Origin: Vitrella brassicaformis CCMP3155
Lineage: Eukaryota; Protista; Chromerida
Reading direction: 5' to 3'
Length of the DNA stretch: 46,887 nucleotides
Assembly: GCA_001179505.1 (NCBI GenBank)
Contig: CDMY01000585.1
Coordinates: forward strand, 1 to 46,887
This document shows positions 23,743 to 35,534 of this stretch, piece by piece. A program made the position numbers and the translations under genes. How positions within the stretch are numbered: position 1 is the stretch's first letter; every line of letters begins with the position of its first letter. The notes beneath the pieces are model-generated. The model saw only the letters and a program-made list of their open reading frames with translations. It was not told the DNA's origin and ran no database searches.

Positions 23743-26150
23743 TCACTTGTCACTGTCTCCGCTGGAGCCACCGCCTCTGCGTGCTGGCTGATCACGTGCC
23801 CCTCCTCTCGAAGGCCCCTTGGGACCTCCTCCCTCCGGCCCCCGCCCTCCATTTGGAGGGCGAGGAGGAGATGGCCTGGGTCCGTCAGCAGGAGGTGCCG
23901 CCGATGGAGCTGGAAAGACATCCTCAAGGAAAAGCGTCTCGATCACTCTGCTGCTCAATATTATACTGCAAAGGAAAGAGCGATACATGGAGGTATTTGA
24001 GCTGCCGAGGTCGCAGCATTGGATGAGTATTCTTCCGTTGCATATACTTGAAACTGTGCCTCCACGCCACCAAGTACACAGGCTTGGGCGACTGCCTGTC
24101 TCTGATGGCGGACAATGTCGGCTCGAAGTCGCCGTCCTGCAGGAACAAACGATACTTTCAAAGAGAATACAGGTGTGTGTGCAGCACGGTACCCCAGACA
24201 CAAGGATGAGGATGCCAACACTGTCGTTAGCCACTTTCTCTCTGAGCTTGTCGGCAATGACAATGTCCGCGCCCCTCTGCCTGCCGTCAGACTTCAACCT
24301 GCACCAGAGCGTCGCATGTCGCTGTGTACATGGGAAGTGGGAAAGTGCTTACTCGAACTTGGTGATGTACGCTTTTTCATTGATACCATCGTGGAAGCGT
24401 TCGAGAGCTCTGCAGGCTTCTGGGTCACGCAGGCACCTCGGTTCCGTGCTGAGGTAGTCTGTATAGTAGGGGATCACCTTGTACTTCCACTTGCGTTGAA
24501 TGCAGGCGACCATGTACGAAAAGTCATCCGACCCCATGAAGCGCTGCTTAACGTTGAGGAACCCATGCTGGAGGTTGCCACCGTCAACGCACAAGTAAGC
24601 TTGTCCTTTGAAGTCCTCAGGCTCAGCTGGCAACTCACTATGACCAAATACAAAAATAATGCACCATGGTTTAATGCAAGAATAAGGCTTTTTGGTGCTC
24701 GAACCTTCTGCTGCCTTGATTGTCAGCCGGGCCGGCCGGGGTCGACCGTTGACCGCTTAAAGGGGGCTGCAGCCTGCTATCTCCTTGATTGTCAGCCACT
24801 GGAGGACTGACCAGGTTTGGAGAGATGGGCTGTCTGCAGAATTTCACAAACACACAGGCACGCCTTCAGAAAAGGGGCGGACAGGCGACAAGAGTGATCC
24901 ATTACCGCAAAGCCATTTCTTGCTCCTCTACGGAATGTGAGAATGTGCATCGACTGCCATACTTGCATCCCGAACCATTTGGCTGGATTTTTACGCACAA
25001 TCTGGGACTGCCGCTGAACCCTTCACGGGCGTGCTTGAAACGGCAATCTCCTCCCTTGTTACACTTTCCCTGACATACAGACAAAATGATGAAGCCAGGT
25101 GCAAGACGCCTTGTCCTCCCAGCGTCGTACTTCGGGCCAAAAAGTGCACGGCTTCGTCTTCTGGGATGGAGGTGTCTTGGGCGCAGGTGTCTTGGGTGGG
25201 GGTGTCTTGATCTTTGGAGAAGGTTGCTTGGGAGGTTTTTGGCCCTTCGGTGGAGACTGGATGCACAAATCGGAAGGGGCCCTGCACCAATGCGTTCAAC
25301 GGTCAAACAGGAAGTCGGTGTACTGTGCCTTTACTCGTCCCGTACCGCAACATTGTGAGCTCCACTTGAGAATGTGCACGATGGCAGCTATCCCCATGTC
25401 TGCATATACCTGACATTGATGTAGAATGATCCGTCCCAAGCAGTTCGTGCTGTGGCTTCATGTCTCACCTTTCTGGTAATGCTGGCACAGCACGGGTAGT
25501 CGTGATCGCAAGTCGTCACGTCCGTGAGCGAATGCACAGTCGCTGCCCTTGTTGCATGCCCCCTGCAGTGACGAATGCCTGCGTACGACGTCTCTCTATG
25601 TGTCTAGTACCTTCTTGAAATTGTCGCACAATTCAGTGTTGTAGAACTTCTTTTCAGCATTAGCGGCTGCTTCGGATGAAGCCACGTCGCTGATGACGTC
25701 AGAGATGGCGCCGGGGGACATTTCATCAGCAGCTTGATCGAAGTCCGCTGACTGCTCGTCTTCCGCATCCTGCACAAAAGAGGGGGCGCGAGGGAGGGCA
25801 AGGATGGTCAGAGGGCGCAACGCTCGCCTTGATGGACGGTTTCGCTTTCAAAACAAGCAGATCTCCGACATCGACTGGACACACACACACACAGGCAAGT
25901 CAAGGACAGGCGTGACGAGCAGGAGGCGCACCTTCCTGCAAGATGACCACGTCTCCTATCAGAATGTCTTCTTCATGACCACCAAGGTAGAGTTCGTAAA
26001 CCCTGTAACGCCAACGACACGCGAGTCCTCCAGGAAAGAGCATATGTCTATACGATTCAGGACTCACCTGGGGTCAGGCTGCTTTGAGGGCGATGTGGGC
26101 AGCTGCTGGGGGTCTTTCTCTGGGGTCTTGCTGCCTGTCCCTCCCTGTCT
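23743..26150 (-). CDS. Four CCCH zinc fingers + C-terminal NYN (LabA/DUF88 PIN-like) nuclease domain; start unresolved
   Basis: Fingers after splicing: FYNTELCDNFKKGACNKGSDCAFAH, LCQHYQKGICRHGDSCHRAH, PCTFWPEGKCNKGGDCRFKH, LCVKIQPNGSGCKYGSRCTFSH. NYN motifs: YLCVDGGNL, QRGADIVIA, ILVSG|DGDFEPTL, VYLVAWRHSF, LFLEDVF. Gly/Pro tail; stop at 23743-23745. Junctions are in phase, one of them GC-AG (25770-25827). Confidence 0.85.
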
Positions 26151-26534
26151 CTCCCTCTCTCCCTCCCTCCCTCCCTCCCTCTCAACCCTCCCTCCCAACA
26201 CGAGATCCGGCGACCAACAAGACAGTGTGCTATAGTGGAGGCGCAAACAAAGCGTCAATGCTTATCTCTTAGCTTCTCTTCGTTGTGCTCGACGTGTGCA
26301 GCCAACTGTGGAGAGGTGCACGAGTTGCCAGATGGATAGAAGATCACTGGCAGTGGTTTTCAGCACAAATCAATGCCTCTAGTAGAGTGTGGCGAGGGAT
26401 TTAAAAGGAAAAGTGAGGCCACGAATGAAACTCTCAATTGCGATGATGGTGAGGTACTGTTAAAAGGCAGATAGTTTGCAGTGAAGCTTCGACTCGTTTC
26501 TCTATGGTGTATGTGATGGTGTCAGGTACAGTAA

Positions 26535-29518
26535 ATGCGCGGGTGTGCGCACACAGACATTCATCATATACACACACTCCAAATCGACACGTGCATACGC
26601 ACACGATACGCACACTCTAAGTCGACACGTGCATGCGCAGGTATGTGCACACAGTCATTCATCATATAAACACACTCCAAGTTGACACGTGCATGCGCAA
26701 GTGTGCGCACACAGACATTCATACACCTGCGAACACAGACATTCATCATATAGACACACTCCAAGTCGACACGTGCATACGCAGGTGTGCGCACACAGAC
26801 ATCGGTCAGATACACACACACCAAGTCGACGCATGCATGCGCACACGATACGCACACTCTAAGTCGACATGTGCAAGCGCAGGTGTGCGCACACAGACAA
26901 TCATCATATAGACACACTCCAAGTCGACACGTGCATGCGCGGGTGTGCGCGGGTGTGCGCACAGAGACATTCAGTATGTGCACACAGTCCAAGCCGACAC
27001 GTCCATGCGCAGGTGTGCGCACACAGACAATCATCATATACACACACTCCAAGTCGACACGTGCATGCGCAAGTGTGCGCACAGAGACATTCAGTATGTG
27101 CACATAGTCCATGTGTGCGCACACAGACATTCGTATGTGCACATAGTCCAAGTCGACATGTGCATGCGCGGGTGTGCGCACACAGACATTCGTCATATAC
27201 ACACACTCCAAGTCCAAACGTCCATGCGCAGGCGTGCGCACAGAGGCCTTCATTATATACACACACTCCAAGTCCAAACGCCTATGCGCAGATGTGCGCA
27301 CACAGACATTCATCATATAAACACACTCCAAGTCCACACCACTCCAAGTCGGGGCGTGCGTGCGCAGGTGTGCGCACACAGACATTCGTCAGATACACAC
27401 ACTCCAAGTCCAAACGTCCAAACGTCCATGCGCAGGTGTGCGCACACAGACATTCAGTATGTGCACACAGTCCAAATCGACACGTGCATGCGCAGGTGTG
27501 CGCACACATACAATCATCATATACACACACACACTCCAAATCGACACGTCCATGCGTAGGTTTGCGCACACAGAGACATTCGTCATATACACACACTCCA
27601 CATGTCTCATATACACACACTCCAAGTCGACACGTGCATGCGCAGGTGTGCGCACACAGACATTCATCATATACACACCCTCCAAGTCGACACGTGCATG
27701 CACAGGTGTGCGCACACATACAATCATCATATAGACACACTCCAAATCGACACGTCCATGCGTAGCTTTGCGCACACAGACATTCGTCATATACACACAC
27801 TCCAATTTCAAACGTCTATGCGCAGGCGTGCGCACACAGGCATTCTATGCGCAGGTGTGCGCACACAGACATTCGTCGTACACATACACTCCAAGTCCAA
27901 ACGTCCATGCGCAGGTGTGCGCACACAGACATTAAGTATGTGCACACAGTCCAAGTCGACACGTGCATGCGCGGGTGTGCGCACAGAGACATTCAGTATG
28001 TGCACATAGTCCAAGTCGACATGTGCATGCGCGGGTGTGCGCACAGAGACATTCGTCATATACACACACTCCAAGTCGACACGTCCATACGCAGGCGTAC
28101 GATATACACACACTCCAAGTCCAAACGTCTATGCGCAGGTGTGCGCACACAGACATTTATCATGTACCCAAGTCGACACGTCCATGCGCAGGTGTGCGCA
28201 CACAGACATTCAGTATGTGCACACAGTCCAAGTCGACACGTGCATGCGCGGATGTGCACACGGAGACATTCAGTATGTGTACACACTCCAAGTCGACACG
28301 TCCATGCGCGGGTGTGCGCACACAGACATTCGTCATATACACACACTCCATCGACACGTGCATGCGCATGTGTGCGCACAGAGACATTCGTCATATACAT
28401 CGACACGTGCATGCGCATGTGTGCGCACAGAGACATTCGTCATATACATACACTCCAGAGTTCCATGCGCATGTGTGCACACACAGACATTCAGTATGTG
28501 CACACACTCCAAGTCAACACGTGCATGCGCATGTGTGCACACACAGACATTCAGTATGTGCACACACTCCAAATCGACACGTGCATGCGTAGGTTTGTCA
28601 ACACGTCCAAGTCGACACGTGCATGCGCGGGTGTGCGCACACAGACATTCGTCATATACACACACTCCAAGTCCAAACGTCTAGGCGCAGGCGTGCGCAC
28701 ACAGGCATTCATCATATACACACACTCCAAGTCCAAACGTCCATGCGCATGTGTGCGCACAGAGACATTCAGTATGTGCACATAGTCCAAGTCGACATGT
28801 GCATGCGCGAGTGTGCGCACACAGACATTCGTGTGCACATAGTCCAAGTCGACACGTGCATGCGCGGGTGTGCGCAGAGACATTTGTCATATACACACAC
28901 TCCAAGTCCAAACGTCTATGCGCAGGTGTGGGCACACAGACATTCAGTATGTGCACACAGTCCAAGTCGACACGTGCATGCGCGAGTGTGCGCACAGACA
29001 TTCGTGTGCACATGGTCCAAATCGACACGTGCATGCGCATGTGTGCGCACAGAGACATTCGTCATATACATACACTCCAAGTCCAAACGTCCATGCGCAT
29101 GTGTGCACACACAGACATTCAGTATGTGCACACACTCCAAGTCGACACGTGCATGCGCAGGTGTGCACACACAGACATTCATCATATACACACACTCATC
29201 ATATACACACACTCCAAGTCGACACGTGCATGCGCAGGTGTGCGCACACAGACATTCAGCATATACACACACTCCAAGTCGACACGTCCAAACGTCCATG
29301 CGCATGTGTGCGCACACAGACATTCAGTATGTGCACACAGTCCAAATCGACACGTGCATGCGCTACTCACACTTCAAGTCGACACGTGCATGCGCAGGTG
29401 TGCGCACACAGACATTCGTCATATTCACACACTTCAAGTCGATGCGTGCATGCGCAGGTGAACGCACAGAGACATGTCGACACGTGCATGCGCAGGTGTG
29501 CGCACAGAGACATGAATA
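26535..29518. repeat. ~3-kb tandem satellite, 60-bp unit with two main variants
   Basis: Unit A: gtgtgcgcacacagacattcgtcatatacacacactccaagtcgacacgtgcatgcgcag. Unit B has agtatgtgcacacag as the variable middle. Both are 60 bp, with frequent truncated units and a tccaaacgtccatg sub-variant. Confidence 0.95.
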
Positions 29519-29559
29519 TCTGTTTTGTCATCATTGATTATATTTATTTTGTCCTCAAT

Positions 29560-30650
29560 TCTTTCCAGCAAACTATCCATTTTTTCTTAATAAATTGCTG
29601 TTTATCAAACTCTTTTACTGAATTTAGAGCTTCAACTATCTTCTTTCGTTGGTAAGCAAATGAATTCCAAGTCAAGTAAAAGTGATTGTGAACTCCATAT
29701 ATCATACGTCTGTTGACTGCCTGTCATGAATTTTGTAATACTACATTGATATTCATTATACACACGATGACCAAATGATTTCATTAATGATTCAACATCG
29801 TGTTTTAAATATGGTACCCATTCAAATTTCCTTTTTCTTACATCATCCCAACTCTTGATTTTCTCGTAGCCAAAATCCCACTTTGACTTTTTCATATCAA
29901 AATCCTTAGAAGCTTGTTTTAGTGATGTATTTGAAAACAAATTCATGTCAAAAACCTTATTATTATCCCCAAATTCAAAACTCATAGTTCTTCCATTGTT
30001 CAATAGTAAATTATCAACTTTTACACCACTGCTTACTGAATATTCAATCAAACAATAAAAATCAAACCGACAACCATTAAACGCTGTTGTTATTTTGTCC
30101 GACGCATTTTTCGATATGTTAACATATTTCTAAAAACAACCTTTACCTGAAAACATATCATATTTTCCATCAATCATAAATCCACAAGCGTATATCTCAC
30201 TTTTTTTACTTCTCATATCATACGAAAGAGTTTCGCCTTCCTTAATTTCCAAATCAAAAGGCCAGAATGTATTTTTTGTAATTAATTTCTTTCTTATCAA
30301 TTAAGTTCATTACTTTAACAGAATCTTTTTTTCTGTTTTTGTCTTTTTTGAAACGATTTTTCTGTAATTTTTTCCTTTGATTTTCCTTACATTCCTCCTC
30401 TGTATGTTCTCTTTTTCACTCCGATTTACGTTTATTACAGCACCACATTCATACTGCTCCGTAAGCAATAGATAATGCCCTTCGTTTTCGTTAAGAACTA
30501 TTGCTAAATGTATTATATCATTACCATCGTTTTCTATGTAATATTTCAATTCGTTCAAAAACATATCTGTTAAAATATATCCTTTCAATTAGAGAAGCAA
30601 AGTTTTGGTTTGTAGAACTTAAATATGTCTTCAATTCGATCGTTTTTGTC
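29560..30650 (-). mobile_element. Relic of a protein-primed family B DNA polymerase (N-terminal and 3'-5' exonuclease domains), Polinton/Maverick or PLV/virophage-like
   Basis: Exo I (ILAF)DLE 30247-30258, Exo II AFNGCRFDF 30058-30084, Exo III YLKHDV 29797-29811, plus SLKQASKDF..K.DFGYEKIKSW. Intronless and strongly AT-rich against the GC-rich host. TAG at 30130-30132 and homopolymer frameshifts; the polymerase domain is absent. Confidence 0.8.
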
Positions 30651-30660
30651 TGTCTGTTAG

Positions 30661-31114
30661 TGTCAGGTTGCTTGTTTTGAATGCCCGAGACCGACTGATT
30701 GATAACAAGACTGTCTGGGCTTGTGCTCATCCAGTGCGATTGATTAAGAAAGGCTTGTCGCGCCAGCGGCCAGCCATATTTTGATTGAGACCGATGAGGG
30801 CTCTTTGAGCTTTTCGTTCATTGTGTATTGGACCTATTCGTTCGTGCATGTTGGGCTGAAGGCCTTGCATGCTATCAGTCTTTGATCCAAACGTCAATCG
30901 GTATCGTTTGCACGGTCAATTCATTGCAGCAGACGAAGCTGAGCAGATTCAAGCTGCTCACCAAGCACAACGAGCACAGAACGTACACCCGCAAGACAGC
31001 AGCAACAGCAGCAGCAGCCATAGCCGCTTGCTGATCCTGCTGGTCTTCTAGCTGACGGTCAGCCGATCGATCAGGATCAACCTGTCCAAGCAGCACAACC
31101 CCAGAATTTTTACA
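30661..31114 (+). mobile_element. Possible LTR or 5' leader of the gag-bearing element
   Basis: Begins with TGTCAG at the sharp AT-to-GC transition and ends ...ttttaca shortly before the gag ATG. No second copy in the window and no convincing PBS. Confidence 0.3.
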
Positions 31115-31158
31115 TTGATGAGCCGCTTGACGAAGCAGACGAAGCAAACGCAGAAGAG

Positions 31159-32820
31159 ATGGCGTCGGATGAGCAACAGCAGCAAGGCGTCCAGGCGTTG
31201 ATTAATGCTGCTCTGCAGCAGCACGTCCAGCCTCAGGATGAGAAGAGACGCATCAAGAGAGTTGTTGACTTCACTGGCAAGTACAGTCCCGTCCAGAGAC
31301 AGGGTGCCACGATGGACAACTGGCGAAAGAAGTCAGACCGGGCCGTGTTGGCGGTCCAGGGGTTGCAGCCCCGCGACAAGTACTTTGCGTTGATGCGTGC
31401 GTTGGAAGGCAACGCGAACGGCGTGTTCTTTCAAGAGCAAGCCCGTGTCCCCCTTCCAGGGAATCCACCCGCTCAGGACATCCAGGGTCTAGCGGCGAAT
31501 GACGCGTATTTCGATAACGTCGTCAATCGTGTTCTCGAGAAGCTCACCGAGCAGTATGGCATCAGTGACTCGTTCGCTTTGGCTCAGGAGGCCATTGTGA
31601 AGGAGCCGAGACAGTTGCTGGAGAAGCACCCGAATGCTAGCATGCAGGAGTTGGTGTCGATCCTCAAGAAGAGCATCGCAGCGGCTGAGCGCCTGAACCG
31701 ATACACACAGAGACAGAAGGCTGATATGATCATTGGCCTACTGCCGGAGGCCATGTAGCATATGGCGAAGCACTCCTTGCAGGAAAGTCTCCGCTCGGCG
31801 CAGACTTACGCAAGGGCGCAGGGCCAGAACGCGCCCAATCCCGACGCATTCTACAACATGGAATCGGCTGAGAGGATGGTCATTGACATGGAGCGCACTC
31901 ATGGTGTGGTGCCGGACACCAGAGCATCGTTGAGTGTGGGCCCGAGCTATCCGAGTGATTTGCTGGCTCTCCGCAACACGACGGCTCAGTTGTTGCCGCA
32001 AGTGACCGGCATGCAGACGTCAGGCGTGTCGGTGTCTCGCACTCAGACGCGTGAGCCTCCTCGGTCGCTCGATGAGGTGGCTCTCGCGAGCCACATGGAC
32101 TCCGGGCCGACTCGCGCCGAGAAGAAGGACGAGAAGGCTTCGGCTGAGGTCGTGACAGAGATGGTGAAGGCCGTAGGGCCGAGCCTCAGCACCGCTCTCG
32201 CACCGTTGAATGAGACCATACAGGCCGTCCAGAAGGAGTTAGTTCAGAGACGTGGGAGTGCAGACACGCGTCGCCCGACAGGTGGCCGTGTCTCCGCTCT
32301 CGCCGACGTCGATTATGGTGTTGTCGAGGAGTCGGGCGGGTACCCTACGTATCCCGCCGACGAGACGATAGACCAGGACGTGTTCCACTCGGTGTTCGCT
32401 GTGTTGTCGAGTACGTTGCCAGCCGATCAGGCTGCCAAGGTCGCTGTGGAAACGGCACGGTAGACTCGGATGCCTGAGCGCATGCGCAACAACACGGCAA
32501 GTTCACAGAGCAATCAGTGGTACTCGAATCGACGTGATCGTGACCTGGGCGGGCAGCGCCCGGGATCACGAGGCTTCACCAAATGTCATTACTGTGATGG
32601 CGATCACTTCCAGCGTGATTGCCCGGTTGTCTGCCCGTGGTGCAATGCCGTAGGTGACCATTTGCCTGCCAGATGTGAGTCGCCTGCCAAGAGACAATTT
32701 GACCAGTTCATGGCTCACGTGAACGCGCAGGGTCTTCAGTCCTCCGCGTCTCAGGGGCCGATGAGCCGCCCGAACCAACCTGACTCACACACCAATGCTC
32801 AGACCAATCAGGGAAGCTGA
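31159..32820 (+). mobile_element. Gag-like ORF1 with two zinc knuckles, interrupted by two in-frame TAG codons
   Basis: The three listed ORFs (31159-31758, 31762-32463, 32470-32820) share one frame, 553 codons. C-terminal CHYCDGDHFQRDC and CPWCNAVGDHLPARC. Intronless. Confidence 0.8.
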
Positions 32821-32911
32821 TTGGCCCCAGGGAGTGGGAGTATCCTGCTCTGCCTGGGGCTAGCCGGCTTCCTTTGCATACGGCTTTATTTCGTCTCCGT
32901 CTGGTCGTGTT

Positions 32912-34474
32912 TTGGCGACCGATGGTATGGATGTTTATGAAGTGCGTGGGGTTATCCCGACAATCCCGAATGACTCTGAGAGAGAAGTGGTTGTTCCGTT
33001 CATCGTACCGTCGTCTGAAACCGATGATGCCCTTGCAGTGAGTGCATCTGCGGGTCCTCGAGTGCGTTATCAGGCGCATGATGCGATGGCGCCGACTGAC
33101 CTGAAAGCGAAAGTGCAAGGGAATGTGACGTATCGTGATGTGCTGACCGGAGGTCGTGAGCGTCCTCAGGGCCGTGAGTCTCCTCCTGTCCGCATGCCTG
33201 TGATGCAGACGCTGCATCATGTCCTCACTCCACCGGGAGGGCAGGTTGTGATGATGCGTCGTGTTCCGTGTGCTACGTACCAGCTGAATTTTTCTCCATG
33301 TGGTCATCCGTATTATCGGGTGAACAATGACTCCATACCTGAGAGCATGGTGTCTCGAGAGATTCGTCATGATGGGTCGATGATTCGTTATGAGTGTGCA
33401 GAAGGCTCGATCAAGGCGTTGTCCGGAAGTCGTCCGACTCGTCACTTGGATCGGTCTTTTCTGCCAGCGAGAGGATTGACTGGTTTGCGTTCGCACGTCT
33501 CTGACACAGAGGGCGGCGAGTGGGACAACTCACGTGACTCGACTCCTGATGGTCGCCTTGAGCGAATGTCGGAGGGAGACGCGCGGGTGTGTGCTCGTCG
33601 GGCCTTGTTGACACGTCGTCAGCGTCAGAGAGCGCGTGATAAAAGTGCGAGACGTCTTCGTAAGCAGTTGGGTATGGGAGAGTTGAGTGTCGAGCAAGTC
33701 GAGTCGGGTGTGGCTCGTCTTGAGTTGATGGAGACAGCGTTTGTATCTCGTGTCGATCCGGTTGCGGAGTTGAAGGCTACTGCGTTGCCGACTTGGTCGT
33801 ACACGTATCATCCGAGTGTCCAGACTCGTTGTCATGTGCGCCAGCGTAAGATTCCTGCGTCGATTCGTTGGCCTGATTGTCAGCCACCCAGGTCGAAGCA
33901 GGATTCTGTTGAGTTTCATGATCCGAGGGAGGATGTGACACAGCCTCTTCCTCCTTCGTCGAAGATCAGGAGGCCACGCAAGTGGCATGGACGCAAGAAA
34001 CAGGATGAAAGAGTGACTTCTGTTGCCGGCGGGGAGTCGCCTTCTTCGTCTTCTTCTACGCGTCCTGGAGCAAAGAAACAATCACATCGGCAGACACCGC
34101 AAGAGTCGTGGTGGTCTTCATTGCTCACCATGCTTCTCGAAGTGTCGCCTTTGGAGTTCTTTACTCGATTCTGTTGGTTGGTTGTGTGCTTTGTCGTTGT
34201 CGGCATGGCACGCCATCCATTACGTCTAGTGTTTCGGACGTTTCCGTCCGCCAGGTCTCGTCCCATCTTCCACCGAATGGATTGGAAGACAGAGCAACTT
34301 CGATTCCTCAAGCGACTTCAAGGATGGAATGGTCGGCGGCCGAAAGAGAAGAAGGCTGACGCCGATCGACTCAAACCTCCTTCGTATAGTAGCCTTGACG
34401 AAGGGCGTCTCATTAACGAGTTTGTTCCTCGTGGCTGTGATGACTTCAAGGAAGAATCAGTTGGTGAGATCTAA
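32912..34474 (+). mobile_element. ORF2 of the gag-bearing element: 520-aa orphan with one hydrophobic segment
   Basis: Long intronless ORF immediately after gag. I see no D(S/T)G protease, YxDD RT, RNase H or integrase motif. Hydrophobic stretch LEFFTRFCWLVVCFVVVGMA. Confidence 0.6.
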
Positions 34475-34852
34475 TCGTCTCAGGAATGGTAGATGGTGAG
34501 GAATGAGATTCGCCTTTAGGGTCCATTGAAGGGTGGCCAATAGTATGATGAGGAGTGTCCGTAAGTCAATGATTGTGTCGCCTTCATTCACTGACGAACG
34601 GACCTGTACATCAGTACAAACGGATGCCCCTTGTGCGTCGTCGTTTGAACTTTGCGTCTCGTACGCTGACGGCCACTTCCCCAGGGGCATCACTTATGTG
34701 CACTCTACATGTCAAGATTGATGATCTACGACGGACTGGATGGGCAGGGCATGCAAACAGTGATTGAATTGAAAGGACAGCTAGCATAGTTCTTAGTTTG
34801 CATTCTTGATGGACTCCTCGTGCCGATGCGCTTTCCGTTAACCCCGTGCTCA
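34471..34852 (+). repeat. Near-identical direct repeat (copy 1) of the block at 35535-36071
   Basis: ctaatcgtctcaggaatggtagatgg...ccgtgctcac occurs in both. Copy 2 has an extra insert and an internal re-duplication of ttgtgcgtcgtcg...gggcatcactt. Confidence 0.9.
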
Positions 34853-35052
34853 CACAAACAGCTTGAACCACACAAAAAGGTCTCACTGGTTCACTTCTGA
34901 GGCAAGACGCCCCCATAACACGCCCCCGCATCATGACAGCGCGCAGTCGAGGCCTGAACGGTGCGCGGCTCCCGACAGAACCTAAGAAACCCTACCCTGG
35001 ACCGAAGGGTTCGGAACCATCCGATCCTCCGCAGAGGGGGCTGAATCCATCC

Positions 35053-35234
35053 CAAACTGAACCGAACCGAACCATTGCTAGCAGCCCTCCACCAGGAGAC
35101 GCCGAGACAAACCAAACCGAACTGAACCGAACCATTTGAGCAGCCCTCCACCAGGTGGGCGAGGCAAACCAAACCGAACTGAACCGAACCATTTGAGCAG
35201 CCCTCCACCAGGTGGGCGAGGCAAACCAAACCGA
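35053..35234. repeat. 57-bp tandem minisatellite rich in AACCG/AACTG motifs, running into a gap
   Basis: accaaaccgaactgaaccgaaccatttgagcagccctccaccaggtgggcgaggcaa recurs at 35111, 35168 and 35225, with a diverged unit upstream. Confidence 0.9.
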
Positions 35235-35534
35235 NNNNNNNNNNNNNNNNNNNNNNNNNNNNNNNNNNNNNNNNNNNNNNNNNNNNNNNNNNNNNNNNNN
35301 NNNNNNNNNNNNNNNNNNNNNNNNNNNNNNNNNNNNNNNNNNNNNNNNNNNNNNNNNNNNNNNNNNNNNNNNNNNNNNNNNNNNNNNNNNNNNNNNNNNN
35401 NNNNNNNNNNNNNNNNNNNNNNNNNNNNNNNNNNNNNNNNNNNNNNNNNNNNNNNNNNNNNNNNNNNNNNNNNNNNNNNNNNNNNNNNNNNNNNNNNNNN
35501 NNNNNNNNNNNNNNNNNNNNNNNNNNNNNNNNNN
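35235..35534. other. Assembly gap (300 N)
   Basis: Run of N. Confidence 1.

Noticed and set aside
26535-29518. CRISPR-like constant/variable alternation
   Set aside because: The variable parts are two recurring variants rather than unique spacers, no cas genes are present, and the context is eukaryotic.
26564-29655. Many long Cys/His-rich ORFs (up to 312 aa) on both strands
   Set aside because: They arise from the 60-bp satellite, whose consensus lacks stops in most frames; frequent non-triplet truncations break the frames.
30661-31135. Complete LTR plus PBS call
   Set aside because: No partner LTR in the window, and ttgatgagccg is only a weak PBS look-alike.
32708-33496. 262-aa minus-strand ORF, and similar antisense ORFs (4345-4926, 5218-5790, 39544-39954, 41692-42219)
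   Set aside because: Shadows of real coding sequence on the opposite strand in GC-rich DNA; no motifs of their own.
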